Below, one piece after another: positions 26,719 through 35,913 of a DNA stretch of 64,000 bases (its first letter is position 1; the number at the start of each line of letters is the position of its first letter). Location: positions 62,001 through 126,000 of IMG/VR virus record IMGVR_UViG_3300043409_000928. One strand, given 5' to 3'. The notes below the pieces were generated by a model. It worked only from the letters and a program-made list of their open reading frames with translations. It did not search any database and was not told where the DNA came from. The position numbers and the translations under genes are program-made.

Positions 26719-28139
26719 TAAACCTTATCGCGTGGTGCCTTAATGCGGCCATGCCCCGTTGCAGTATCTGGTGGCTGTTTGTATATGCCCGCTTGTTCCA
26801 ATTGTACTTGTCTAGATACAATTTCATTACCTTTTGCATCATTTGGTCTTGATCGGATCACGCTGGTACCTTCTCTTACTGTATTTGGTGCAGGTTCCTG
26901 AGATTTTAAATTGGCATTGGCAGAAGCTATGCCGGCGTCACTGGTTCTAGTTTGAGTTGGATATTTTGAGCCATCTCTTTGGGCGGCGGCATCTGCCGCC
27001 AGTTTGGCCATTTGCTGGGACTGTGGTGAATTGCTCAATGGAGGATTTTTCTTAAGATTTTCAATATAGGATTTTTTATATTCTTCGCTATAAGTAGAAT
27101 TTTTCATGTTAGCTTCTTCTTGTGTAACAAGATCTTTATGCTTTTGAGTAAGCTCTGGTTGTTTATTTGAAGTTGCTGGTATGTTACTTCCTGTACTTGG
27201 GTTTACTGTTCCTGCGGCCACACTATTTGTTGAAGCGGTTCCGTTTGCTGTTCCACCAGGCCATGCACGGGCCGCTTCTCTAGCGGCATTGGCCTGTGCG
27301 GCACGATCGCGTAAACTGCCAGGTCTGATATTTGGATTGCCCAGGCGTGTTTGATTTGTCATAGTAGGATTGCCAGTAGCGGCGCCGCCGCCTGTGACTG
27401 TGCCGCCAGCATTTGTCCAAGCGTTTCCAAAGTCAGGTTTTTTAGTCTCAGCAACAGCATCTGCCTTTGGCGGCTTGGTAATAGGAGTAAAAGAAGAGGA
27501 TGTCTTTTTATCATTTGATATCACTGGCTTTGGAGGCTTTGGTAATGGTTTAATAAGTGTTGGCGGAAACTTTGGAGTAGGACCTTCAAATCCAGGGCCT
27601 TTTAAATCTTCGTAACGAACGGTAATTGTCCATAGTACAGGATCACTTGTTGAGTAGTCTAACGTATCATGCTGAGCATCAACGATGAAAGCATTTGTCA
27701 AGGTGTATACTTTGGGGGCGGCGCCAGGTGCAGATAAGTTTTTCATTGTGATTTCAATTGTCAATGGTTTAAATTTACTGGCCTTGCTTGAATCTGTAGG
27801 GTCAAATTGATCTTTGACAAAGTTCCAAATCATTGATTCAGCAGTACCATTTGCCTGATCATAAAAACTGATGGTGATTGGTTCGTAGTTTAACTTTGTT
27901 TGTACAATTGTTTTATGGTTGTACACATTGACAATTTGCGTTTCTACTGAGAAGCGGGGCAGTTCGCATGACTTTGCCACCAATGGTGGAGCAGAGCTTA
28001 AATCTGAGTCAGTGACCTTAATTGACCATGCATATTTTAAATATACAAAACCATCGCCCAATGGCAATTGATTGGGGTACGGTCCATGGTTCTGTACTCC
28101 ATTTAATATCTTCTTAGTTGCAATGTTACTGAATGACAT
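26715..28139 (-). CDS. Tail-tube-fold protein (gp54/gp48-like) with long C-terminal extension
   Basis: N-terminal ~180 aa parallels the tube gene (ELPRFSVET...VYNHK...YEPITISFYD), followed by a P/K- and A/T/N-rich tail. Confidence 0.65.
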   Translation of the reverse strand: MSFSNIATKKILNGVQNHGPYPNQLPLGDGFVYLKYAWSIKVTDSDLSSAPPLVAKSCELPRFSVETQIVNVYNHKTIVQTKLNYEPITISFYDQANGTAESMIWNFVKDQFDPTDSSKASKFKPLTIEITMKNLSAPGAAPKVYTLTNAFIVDAQHDTLDYSTSDPVLWTITVRYEDLKGPGFEGPTPKFPPTLIKPLPKPPKPVISNDKKTSSSFTPITKPPKADAVAETKKPDFGNAWTNAGGTVTGGGAATGNPTMTNQTRLGNPNIRPGSLRDRAAQANAAREAARAWPGGTANGTASTNSVAAGTVNPSTGSNIPATSNKQPELTQKHKDLVTQEEANMKNSTYSEEYKKSYIENLKKNPPLSNSPQSQQMAKLAADAAAQRDGSKYPTQTRTSDAGIASANANLKSQEPAPNTVREGTSVIRSRPNDAKGNEIVSRQVQLEQAGIYKQPPDTATGHGRIKAPRDKVY

Positions 28140-28148
28140 TTGTTCATG

Positions 28149-28175
28149 AAAAAGGGCGAGTTTAATCGCCCTTTT
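28149..28175 (-). terminator. Terminator after the tail tube gene
   Basis: AAAAGGGCGA-6 nt-TCGCCCTTTTT. Confidence 0.8.
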
Positions 28176-28239
28176 CTTTCTCCTGTAAGGGCAAGCATTT
28201 TTGCTTACACTTACTTATCACTTCTAATTAACGCTTACT

Positions 28240-28845
28240 TTAAGTATCATCACTCAATGAACTTGGATCGCTTTCCTCACCTAATCCGCCGCGTAGTAAT
28301 TCAGCTTGGGTATCGTCAATGTGGTTGGCATTGTCATACTTGATAGCAACAGTAATCTGTAAAGGATCGCTTGTTGCATAGTTGTTTTCGCCATAGTTCA
28401 CGTTCTGAATATAGCAACCACCTAGATGCCAGGCATCTAGTACCGTTTCAGTACCATTGCCACCATCCAAGTTTTCAATGTGCATTGCAAACTTGTAGCC
28501 ACTTCCTGCTTTTGTTGATGATTGATCTGCATGATCCACTTGCTTTTGAATTTGCTTTGCAATACTCTTGGCGACACCGTTTGTTACATCGTCGCGAACT
28601 GTTAATGTAATAGGATCCCAAGTATGCTTGCCTGCTAGGAAGATTCTTGAGTTGTAAACATCAACTACCACATCGTCATGTGTCAAGCTTGGACGGCTTA
28701 CACTAACAACCTGACTGGTTAACTGTTCAGATGTTTCACCACCAAAGTTGATTAATGTAACACGAAAGCGATATGATAGCTTTGGTTGCACTAAAACACC
28801 TTCTACGCCACCCGGTACGTTAAATTTACTTAGATCGACTGCCAT
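28240..28845 (-). CDS. gp19: Tail tube protein, gp19-like
   Basis: YRFRV, RPSLTHD, GKHTWDPITLTVRDD, directly after the sheath gene. Confidence 0.85.
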   Translation of the reverse strand: MAVDLSKFNVPGGVEGVLVQPKLSYRFRVTLINFGGETSEQLTSQVVSVSRPSLTHDDVVVDVYNSRIFLAGKHTWDPITLTVRDDVTNGVAKSIAKQIQKQVDHADQSSTKAGSGYKFAMHIENLDGGNGTETVLDAWHLGGCYIQNVNYGENNYATSDPLQITVAIKYDNANHIDDTQAELLRGGLGEESDPSSLSDDT

Positions 28846-28867
28846 TATATATTTCTCCTAGTGTTAT

Positions 28868-31252
28868 TTAGCGTGTGCCGCCGGCAATCGCGCCAGTGTT
28901 GACAATCCTAACTGGAATGTAGATGAATTCTGCGGCTTTGACTGGCTCGATTGCCACATCAATGTACAGTTCATTTCTATCAATTCTAGTTGGAGTGTTA
29001 TTTGTTTCATCACAAACTACCAAGAAGTCGTATACGGCTCTCTTAGTGAATAAGTCTTGCAAAAATCCAGAAAATACTGCAATTACACGATCTCTAGTTT
29101 TCTTGTCGTTTGGTTCAAAGATGAACGGACGAGCAATAACATCAAAGCGTTCACGCAAGTACGCTAATAGTCGACCCACGTTAACACGATCTAATGCTGA
29201 ATCAAATGGGTACAATGTTTTTTGTCCCCAAATGTACAAACCTTGACCAGGGTAGTTAACCAATGGATTGATTTTCTTCAAATACAATGTATCTCGCTGG
29301 CCTTGGTTCAGTGCCACTGGAACAAATTCATTCTCGGCATTAACTAAACCTAAGTTGCTGATACCGCTCAATGAACCGCGAGTTAAACCAGCTGGGGCAA
29401 ACCATGGATAACTAACTTGGTCGTTATAAGCAATACCACGCAGAACTGCATGACTTGCTGGAACAGCAACATCGTTACCCAGTAAGTCTGTAGACAATGC
29501 GCTTGGGTAGTAAATTGCTACAGCACCATTGCGACTTGTTAAGCCATCTGCACCGTTTGTGCCTGCTTCTGTACCGTTGGCCCATGTAGTAACATCGCTC
29601 ATTTTTGCTGATAACTTCATTGGGGTATCAGCAATAACAAACGCTGTTTCTTTACGGTCCACGTTCAACGTAATCATTTCATCAATACACTCAACATAAC
29701 CTGGTGTTGCTATAATGTTAAATGTCAATGTTTCTGCACGAAGATCTTCGTTGTCTGTTAGTGCGGCTTGTAAACGCTTGACTACTACACGGCGTTGGGC
29801 CTTTTCAAACATGTAAGGGGCGCCTGCTTTAAAGCCACTGTCAACATTGCCAGACTCTGACTGCCAGTGTCCTTCTGCAACATTCCATGCTTTTACGTTG
29901 CCTGAACTTAATGCGCTGTTCCATAGAATCATACCGTCTGGATAAAACGCTGGGTTTGGAACTTGATCATCCATTGGTGTTGCACCGCCGCCAACACCAG
30001 TTGAATCTGCTAATGTTGCTGTTAAGTCAACAAACAATGCGCCATCTGGAGTAGACTGATCGGCGTTATCTTTCTGTACCCAATCGCTACCATTATACAT
30101 TTTAATTACAGGATAGTTGGCTACATCGTTAGTATCAATCCAAACATCACCATTGCTTGCAGTTGAAGGTTCTTCAGTGTTTACACTGACATTTTGAACT
30201 GCTTTCCATGTTGGTAAGCCACCAACTGTGTCTTTAACATAGATATCAACTGTGTCGCCTGCATCGTACCATAACTTACCATCAGGGATAGCACCAGTTG
30301 GAGCATTGGCTGTTGCTGATGGTGAAATTGTTACCCAGGCCGCGCCGTCGTAACGCTTGACTTCAAACTTGGCTTCGTTGTCATCTGCAAACTGTAGATA
30401 AAGATCATTAGTATTTAGAGCTGAGCCAAACGCAGTAGTTGCAGTTGCATTGTCTAGATAACCCACTAACTTGTCAACTGTATTTGGACCAATAACTTGT
30501 GCTGTCCAGCTTTGAGTTGTTGAATTGTATTTCTTTAATTTAATGTTTAATCCTGCATTAGGACTTGTTGTCTTAAACCATACGTCACCAGTAAGCGACC
30601 CTGTTGGTACTGAATAGTGAGGTGCAACAGTAACATTCTGGCTTAAATTGCCTGCTGTCACAGTTTTCCAAACGCCAGCAACTTTCTTATAAAAAGTTTT
30701 TACTGTGGCTGATGTTACATTTAGTGCGTACTGTCCATTGGAACCAACACTGGCACCTGGAACGCCATCAGTTGTTAGAACTGGTTTGACTTGCCATGCT
30801 GTACCAGTGTATTCAAAAATACCATATGTGCTTGCATCTGTATCTAACCAATATTGATTGTTGGTTGGAGGACCAAACGGAGCAGTTGCTTGTGGCTCCA
30901 ACTCTTCCATTTTTAAATCTGCTCGTACTACAATAGCACGGTTGGCGATACCTAAATAATAATAGGCGGCCAACAAGCCGTATTCGTTTAATTCGTGACC
31001 GTGTACTGGTGTACCGTCAACAATGGTGAACTCTGGTTCACCGTATAACTGTACCAACTCGCGCTGGCTAGTTAAAATAAGTGGTTTTTTGGCAAATGGT
31101 GCTGTGGTATAAGTTGCTGTTGATCCGTCTGGTGCTGTTTTGTTAGAACGAGTTGCTAACACAATGACAGGTACAGTTCCATTACCGGCGCCGGCGTAGG
31201 CACTTTCATCAATAATCGAAACGCTTACGCCTGGGGAAACTAGCTGAGCCAT
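28868..31252 (-). CDS. gp18: Tail sheath protein, gp18-like
   Basis: MAQLVSPGVSVSIIDES, YPWFAPAGLTRG, RVNVGRL, IFEPND, AIEPVKAAEFIYIP. Confidence 0.95.
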   Translation of the reverse strand: MAQLVSPGVSVSIIDESAYAGAGNGTVPVIVLATRSNKTAPDGSTATYTTAPFAKKPLILTSQRELVQLYGEPEFTIVDGTPVHGHELNEYGLLAAYYYLGIANRAIVVRADLKMEELEPQATAPFGPPTNNQYWLDTDASTYGIFEYTGTAWQVKPVLTTDGVPGASVGSNGQYALNVTSATVKTFYKKVAGVWKTVTAGNLSQNVTVAPHYSVPTGSLTGDVWFKTTSPNAGLNIKLKKYNSTTQSWTAQVIGPNTVDKLVGYLDNATATTAFGSALNTNDLYLQFADDNEAKFEVKRYDGAAWVTISPSATANAPTGAIPDGKLWYDAGDTVDIYVKDTVGGLPTWKAVQNVSVNTEEPSTASNGDVWIDTNDVANYPVIKMYNGSDWVQKDNADQSTPDGALFVDLTATLADSTGVGGGATPMDDQVPNPAFYPDGMILWNSALSSGNVKAWNVAEGHWQSESGNVDSGFKAGAPYMFEKAQRRVVVKRLQAALTDNEDLRAETLTFNIIATPGYVECIDEMITLNVDRKETAFVIADTPMKLSAKMSDVTTWANGTEAGTNGADGLTSRNGAVAIYYPSALSTDLLGNDVAVPASHAVLRGIAYNDQVSYPWFAPAGLTRGSLSGISNLGLVNAENEFVPVALNQGQRDTLYLKKINPLVNYPGQGLYIWGQKTLYPFDSALDRVNVGRLLAYLRERFDVIARPFIFEPNDKKTRDRVIAVFSGFLQDLFTKRAVYDFLVVCDETNNTPTRIDRNELYIDVAIEPVKAAEFIYIPVRIVNTGAIAGGTR

Positions 31253-31297
31253 ATAATATCTCCGTTATCTAAGGGTTATTCATACCCTTCATGGAGA

Positions 31298-31303
31298 TAT
31301 TTA
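31298..31303 (-). promoter_or_regulatory. Late promoter TAAATA of the sheath gene
   Basis: Overlaps the 5' arm of an SD-occluding hairpin. Confidence 0.75.
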
Positions 31304-31355
31304 GCTGATACAGTTAAAAGTGAGCCTATTTAGCGGAAGTGGTAGATTTACAGTT

Positions 31356-31976
31356 TTACTGGACAATCATTGCCAACTGTTTGTAAAGAGCATCAACTGT
31401 GCTGTTGTTGTCTACTATATAGTCAAAATTGGTTCCAACCCATGCTGTTTCACTAGCATGAATATCTGGGTATGCAATGGCCATATGGTTGAAGTTACCT
31501 CGATTTGTTTCAACCGCAACATCGTACCATTCTGGGTCTTCTCCTCGCACTACCCTGATCACTTGGCCGCCAGCATTTCTAATTGCTTTAATTTCATTGG
31601 GAAATCTACAATCTGATATTACAATATTGTCTGTGGTATTTTGTAATCTTGCTTCTAAGCTAGCAATCCAGATATCATCATGAAAGCTTTTGCGGCAGAC
31701 TTCTGTACCCCACCATTGAAGTACCCAGCGTGGGGTTAGATTTGGCATACCTAAGCGTTCTGCCCACCAAGGATCTACTTGTTCTCGCCATTCACGGGCA
31801 CTCTTAGTGCGGCCTTCAAGTAACTCGCGGTTCCATCCAAATACTGCGGCAACTGCATCTTTAAGAGTTGCGGCAAAGGAGTCTCTGCGGAACTCATAGA
31901 AGTTTACAAGATAATCTGCGGCAGTGTCCTTGCCTGAACCAATGAAACCGCAAATACCAATAATTTGTTTAGTCAT
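31356..31976 (-). CDS. Deoxynucleoside monophosphate kinase, T4 gp1-like
   Basis: GICGFIGSGKDT, TPRWVLQWWGTE, ISDCRFPNE. Confidence 0.9.
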   Translation of the reverse strand: MTKQIIGICGFIGSGKDTAADYLVNFYEFRRDSFAATLKDAVAAVFGWNRELLEGRTKSAREWREQVDPWWAERLGMPNLTPRWVLQWWGTEVCRKSFHDDIWIASLEARLQNTTDNIVISDCRFPNEIKAIRNAGGQVIRVVRGEDPEWYDVAVETNRGNFNHMAIAYPDIHASETAWVGTNFDYIVDNNSTVDALYKQLAMIVQ

Positions 31977-31981
31977 AAACT

Positions 31982-32010
31982 ATTGTAGCATAACTATAAC
32001 ACTAGGTCAA
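31982..32010 (-). promoter_or_regulatory. sigma70 promoter of dNMP kinase, leaderless
   Basis: TTGACC-17-TACAAT with TGn extension. ATG follows after 5 nt. Confidence 0.85.
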
Positions 32011-32015
32011 TGCTT

Positions 32016-32642
32016 TTACTTTTCGTATTTTACCATAAAGTCGGTACAGGTTCTGTACATTTGTGGGACCAAGTTCTTTTCTTTTTCAATTAGCCTATGT
32101 AGGTCTACAAATTGCTCTGCATAGTTTACTGCTCTTAATGCATTCAAAACCAACTCTACACAACTTACATGAGTGTCATCTGCCAAGTCAAACAAGTCAT
32201 CGTACGGCTTACCCTGTTGTTTTAGTAAAGCATCAATAATTTTGGTCCACTCTGTATTGTCAATGTTATTTGGTGTCAGTAAACAAACTGAATCACAAGC
32301 AAATACTTGATCAAATGTAGAATAGTGTACACCTACCCCAGTGGCTTCTACAAACTTAAAGCTGGCAGTATCTGTTGGATCAGTGATATTATCGCAGTTC
32401 ATTAAGGCATGAGTATAGTTTGCCCATATACCAGTCTTGGCCCATGACAAGAATGAAACTATAATACTACTAAGATGGTGCTTCTCTCCTGTTAAGATAA
32501 TGTAATATCCACTGGCCAGCACTTGGGCAATTTCCGTTTTATCAGTTACCGTAACGTAGGTTTTTTTGCTCCAAGAAATTTTGCCCGGCATCATTGCTAC
32601 CCAATGGTATAGCTTGTATAATAGTGTGGAATACTTAGACAT
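32016..32642 (-). CDS. Permuted papain-like NlpC/P60 (YiiX/YebB-type) enzyme
   Basis: His before Cys: YTHAL...GKPYDDLF...SCVELV. Confidence 0.75.
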   Translation of the reverse strand: MSKYSTLLYKLYHWVAMMPGKISWSKKTYVTVTDKTEIAQVLASGYYIILTGEKHHLSSIIVSFLSWAKTGIWANYTHALMNCDNITDPTDTASFKFVEATGVGVHYSTFDQVFACDSVCLLTPNNIDNTEWTKIIDALLKQQGKPYDDLFDLADDTHVSCVELVLNALRAVNYAEQFVDLHRLIEKEKNLVPQMYRTCTDFMVKYEK

Positions 32643-33394
32643 TATCCAAAAATAAATCCCAGTGGTGTTCCACCTTCGGAATATGTTTTTAAATCTTCCT
32701 CAAGCTTTTCCATTTCTGCTTGACCTTGGGCAATTAGGTCGTTGCCGTTTAGCTGTACACCACCTTGCGGACCGGCTAATTGACTGTACTTGCTACGAGC
32801 TTGGCCAAGTGTAAGCTTAGAAACTGCAAGAGCAAATTCACGCACCCAAGGTCCGGAACTGGTGTCTAGTAACAGCATTTCATCTGGGCGATAGTTATAA
32901 GTGTGTACAATAATACTTTCTTCAGCTTTCAAATAACGCTGTAGATTTAATCTCTTGCTGGTGTTAGACCAGTTATACACCAGGTAGGCTCCAAACATTG
33001 TTGCCATTAATTCACGCTGTCCCATGTACAATTCAAAAGATGCTAGGCCACCTTGTCTGATTGAATTCAACATGTACATGTTTAAGTAGCCTGCTTCAAA
33101 GGGATCAAATCCTGTTGCACCACTACTGTCGCTCATGCCGCCGCTATTTGCACGGTATACATTTCGTACATCAATTACTTCATTTGGTAGTGTGTATTCG
33201 CTTTCTCCTGGCGTAATTTGTAACACCATAAAGCTTTCTTCTACCGCCCGACTACTACGCTGACGATATTTGGATACGGCACGATCAATTGCCATATCGT
33301 AGTGTTCTTTATCCAGCTCTACATCAACCATACCTCCGCCGAGGTTCAGTTCAATATATTTTTGAGCTTTAGATCTTTGTGTTGTTTCTGACAT
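32642..33394 (-). CDS. gp13: Neck protein, gp13-like
   Basis: LGGGMVDVELDKEHY, LGQARSKY, GGVQLNG, PLGFIFG. Confidence 0.85.
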   Translation of the reverse strand: MSETTQRSKAQKYIELNLGGGMVDVELDKEHYDMAIDRAVSKYRQRSSRAVEESFMVLQITPGESEYTLPNEVIDVRNVYRANSGGMSDSSGATGFDPFEAGYLNMYMLNSIRQGGLASFELYMGQRELMATMFGAYLVYNWSNTSKRLNLQRYLKAEESIIVHTYNYRPDEMLLLDTSSGPWVREFALAVSKLTLGQARSKYSQLAGPQGGVQLNGNDLIAQGQAEMEKLEEDLKTYSEGGTPLGFIFG

Positions 33395-33410
33395 AGGGTG
33401 TCTCCAGGAC

Positions 33411-33416
33411 TATTTA
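33411..33416 (-). promoter_or_regulatory. Late promoter TAAATA of gp13, inside a hairpin loop
   Basis: Lies in the loop of the 11-bp inverted repeat at 33393-33431. Confidence 0.75.
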
Positions 33417-33436
33417 CCGAAGACACCCTATAAAAC

Positions 33437-34690
33437 TTACTTGATTGCTCGGAGCAAGATCGTTTCTGGACTAATGCGTCCTTTTAGCCTTGTTTCCACT
33501 GACCTAATGGTGTCCATAAACTTACGCAATCCGGGCTTGCCTTGTGTCTTAAACTCTGCCAGCTTTTCTGCGGGTTTACGCAAGGTCTTGCAGGTGCTCT
33601 TGATCTCATCAAAGCCAATGATAGCAGAGCCCTTAACGCCCAACTGTCCCACTACCATGTCGCCATGCATGGCTACAACAAAGCGACCCAACTTACGAGT
33701 CTTGGTATTGTAAGTCCACAGCTCACTCATTTCTAGAATCTCAGTTGGATTGATACTCTTAAGACCCAGCTCAGCAAACTCTCTAAGATACTTTAGACCT
33801 TTAACTTGGCGCTCAGGTGGCACAGGCTTGCGCTTGGGTTTGGCACGGGTGGCTATTTTACTAGTCTTGTATGCACTGGCATCATTGATGATTGCCTCGT
33901 AGAACTTGATTAATGCTTTGACATCACGCTTGTTCATGTGTTTGTAACCCTCCATGAGCTGGCTGTCTCTTCCTTCTAGCAATTCATTTAGTTCGTTAAT
34001 TTTAGGTTGTATTACTTCTGCCACTTTGGCAATGTATTGCACAGAAATGTTTTGCCCTTGGAAGAATTTGTAAGCAGAAAATTCCTTGCCTTCTAAAATA
34101 TAGTCGTCAATTGCTCCTTCAACTTCTCCCATTGCTTCGCTGAACTTTTCAGCAAGCCTGTCTTGTATTGTTTCTTTTTTGACTACTGGTACTGCTGGAT
34201 CAACTACCACAGTTTTCTCAGACGCAAGACGAGCTTCCAAGTTTCCAATTAGCTGATGGATGTGACGCTCCTCATCATTTTGCAGTTCAAATCCTGCCAG
34301 CACCATACGGCACACCCAACCAACTGTTAAAGTATACTGGCTGTCATTGACTGATTTGAACTTGGCAGGATAATGTGCCAATTCTTCTTTGGTAGCACAG
34401 TATGCGTCAAAGAACGCCCTGGCATCTTTATGGTCACAGGAGTAGTTGTACCAGTTAAACGCACGGCTCATTTGAATCCTGCGTTGTACTTCATCCCATG
34501 CGGCTTGTTCGGTCCATTCTGGTTCATGCCCCATACGATGGATGTCTGTGACTTGGATGGCTTTTAGCTTGGGCTTGCCACTGGCATCAAATTTTACTGT
34601 ACCAGAGTCTTTGGCAGTACGAGTGCTTCGGCCCAGTGTTTTTTTCTTTTTAGGGGGTTTTGCGACTGTGCGTTTTGTTGCTGTGGCCAT
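33437..34690 (-). CDS. Early protein of unknown function, 417 aa
   Basis: SD GGAG, perfect sigma70 promoter, basic N-terminus. Confidence 0.8.
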   Translation of the reverse strand: MATATKRTVAKPPKKKKTLGRSTRTAKDSGTVKFDASGKPKLKAIQVTDIHRMGHEPEWTEQAAWDEVQRRIQMSRAFNWYNYSCDHKDARAFFDAYCATKEELAHYPAKFKSVNDSQYTLTVGWVCRMVLAGFELQNDEERHIHQLIGNLEARLASEKTVVVDPAVPVVKKETIQDRLAEKFSEAMGEVEGAIDDYILEGKEFSAYKFFQGQNISVQYIAKVAEVIQPKINELNELLEGRDSQLMEGYKHMNKRDVKALIKFYEAIINDASAYKTSKIATRAKPKRKPVPPERQVKGLKYLREFAELGLKSINPTEILEMSELWTYNTKTRKLGRFVVAMHGDMVVGQLGVKGSAIIGFDEIKSTCKTLRKPAEKLAEFKTQGKPGLRKFMDTIRSVETRLKGRISPETILLRAIK

Positions 34691-34721
34691 GTTTTACTCC
34701 AAGTTGTTAGCGTATGATGCT

Positions 34722-34750
34722 ATTATAACTTATCTTTGCGAACCTGTCAA
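34722..34750 (-). promoter_or_regulatory. Perfect consensus sigma70 promoter
   Basis: TTGACA-17-TATAAT. Confidence 0.92.
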
Positions 34751-34765
34751 GTGACATCTAAGCGG

Positions 34766-34771
34766 TAAATA
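34766..34771 (+). promoter_or_regulatory. Late promoter TAAATA of the gp14/gp15 operon
   Basis: Back-to-back with the sigma70 promoter. Confidence 0.7.
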
Positions 34772-34809
34772 GCATGATGAAATAGGCCCAATAGTGGCCC
34801 AGGAAAATT

Positions 34810-35913
34810 ATGCCTAAAATATCACTTTGGAAAAACGCCAAGACGCAAGACTTTTACTTTCAGGATCGAATTATCCGTGAAGCAGTGGGTGCTGGCGGAA
34901 CTACATTTTTGGTCCATAAGTATCTTGGACCTGCGGCAGTTGAGGACGGATCTGATCCGGCCAAGCCAAATTTGTCGGCTCAAAATGAAATTACAGAATT
35001 AGACATGCAAGACTTGCTGTTTATGGAAAACCGTGATCGGGTATATGATACTTCCATTTATGAATTGCGTGGGACATATAATGTGACCGACCAGGACTTT
35101 GACTTGAGTCAGTTTGGTTTGTTTTTAAATGCCGACACGCTGTTTATTACATTCCATACAAACGAAATGGTTGATCGTTTAGGACGTAAATTGATGGCTG
35201 GTGATGTCATTGAAGTTCCGCACTTGAATGACGACTTGCTATTGGATGCTACTGCAAAAAGCATTAACAAATTTTATGCAGTCCAGGATGCTAGTCGCGC
35301 CGCAGAAGGATTTGGTCCAACTTGGTGGCCGCACTTGTGGCGTATCAAAGTTGCCCCTATTAATGATGCACAAGAGTATCGTAGTATCTTGGGTGACCCC
35401 GAAGATGCTGACAGTTTAAAAAATGCACTGAGCACTTATCAGACCGAAATTAAAATTAATAATGCAATTTTAGCCAGTGCTGAAATGATGACTCCAACAG
35501 TTGGTTATAAAAATCCAGAGCTCAATGATCCAACTTATGTTCCAACTATTAATGTTATGTCAACTGGTGGGATATCTGACAATACTGTTAACACTAGAGA
35601 GTATGCGGCATCCAAAGGTGACACTACTGGAATTGCGAACGGCTTGTCATTTCCACAAAGTCCAGATCAGGGAGAATTGTTTATTCGTATGGACTTCCGT
35701 CCACAAAGACTTTTTGTATTCCGAGGCAATCGTTGGCACAGAGTTCTTGATAATGTAGATCAGTCCAATTGGAGAATTAATACTGTTAATGCTGGCGATT
35801 TTATTGATAACAACACAGGCACATCAGTTAATAATTTAAGCACTACAAAAGACACAATTGATCAAAAGCAAGCACTGAGCAAGGTGTTTACAAAACCTAA
35901 GGCAGATAATTAA
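34810..35913 (+). CDS. gp14: Neck/head-closure protein, gp14-like
   Basis: DLLFMENRDR, LSQFGLF, GDVIEVPH, structural-cluster context. Confidence 0.7.
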   Translation: MPKISLWKNAKTQDFYFQDRIIREAVGAGGTTFLVHKYLGPAAVEDGSDPAKPNLSAQNEITELDMQDLLFMENRDRVYDTSIYELRGTYNVTDQDFDLSQFGLFLNADTLFITFHTNEMVDRLGRKLMAGDVIEVPHLNDDLLLDATAKSINKFYAVQDASRAAEGFGPTWWPHLWRIKVAPINDAQEYRSILGDPEDADSLKNALSTYQTEIKINNAILASAEMMTPTVGYKNPELNDPTYVPTINVMSTGGISDNTVNTREYAASKGDTTGIANGLSFPQSPDQGELFIRMDFRPQRLFVFRGNRWHRVLDNVDQSNWRINTVNAGDFIDNNTGTSVNNLSTTKDTIDQKQALSKVFTKPKADN

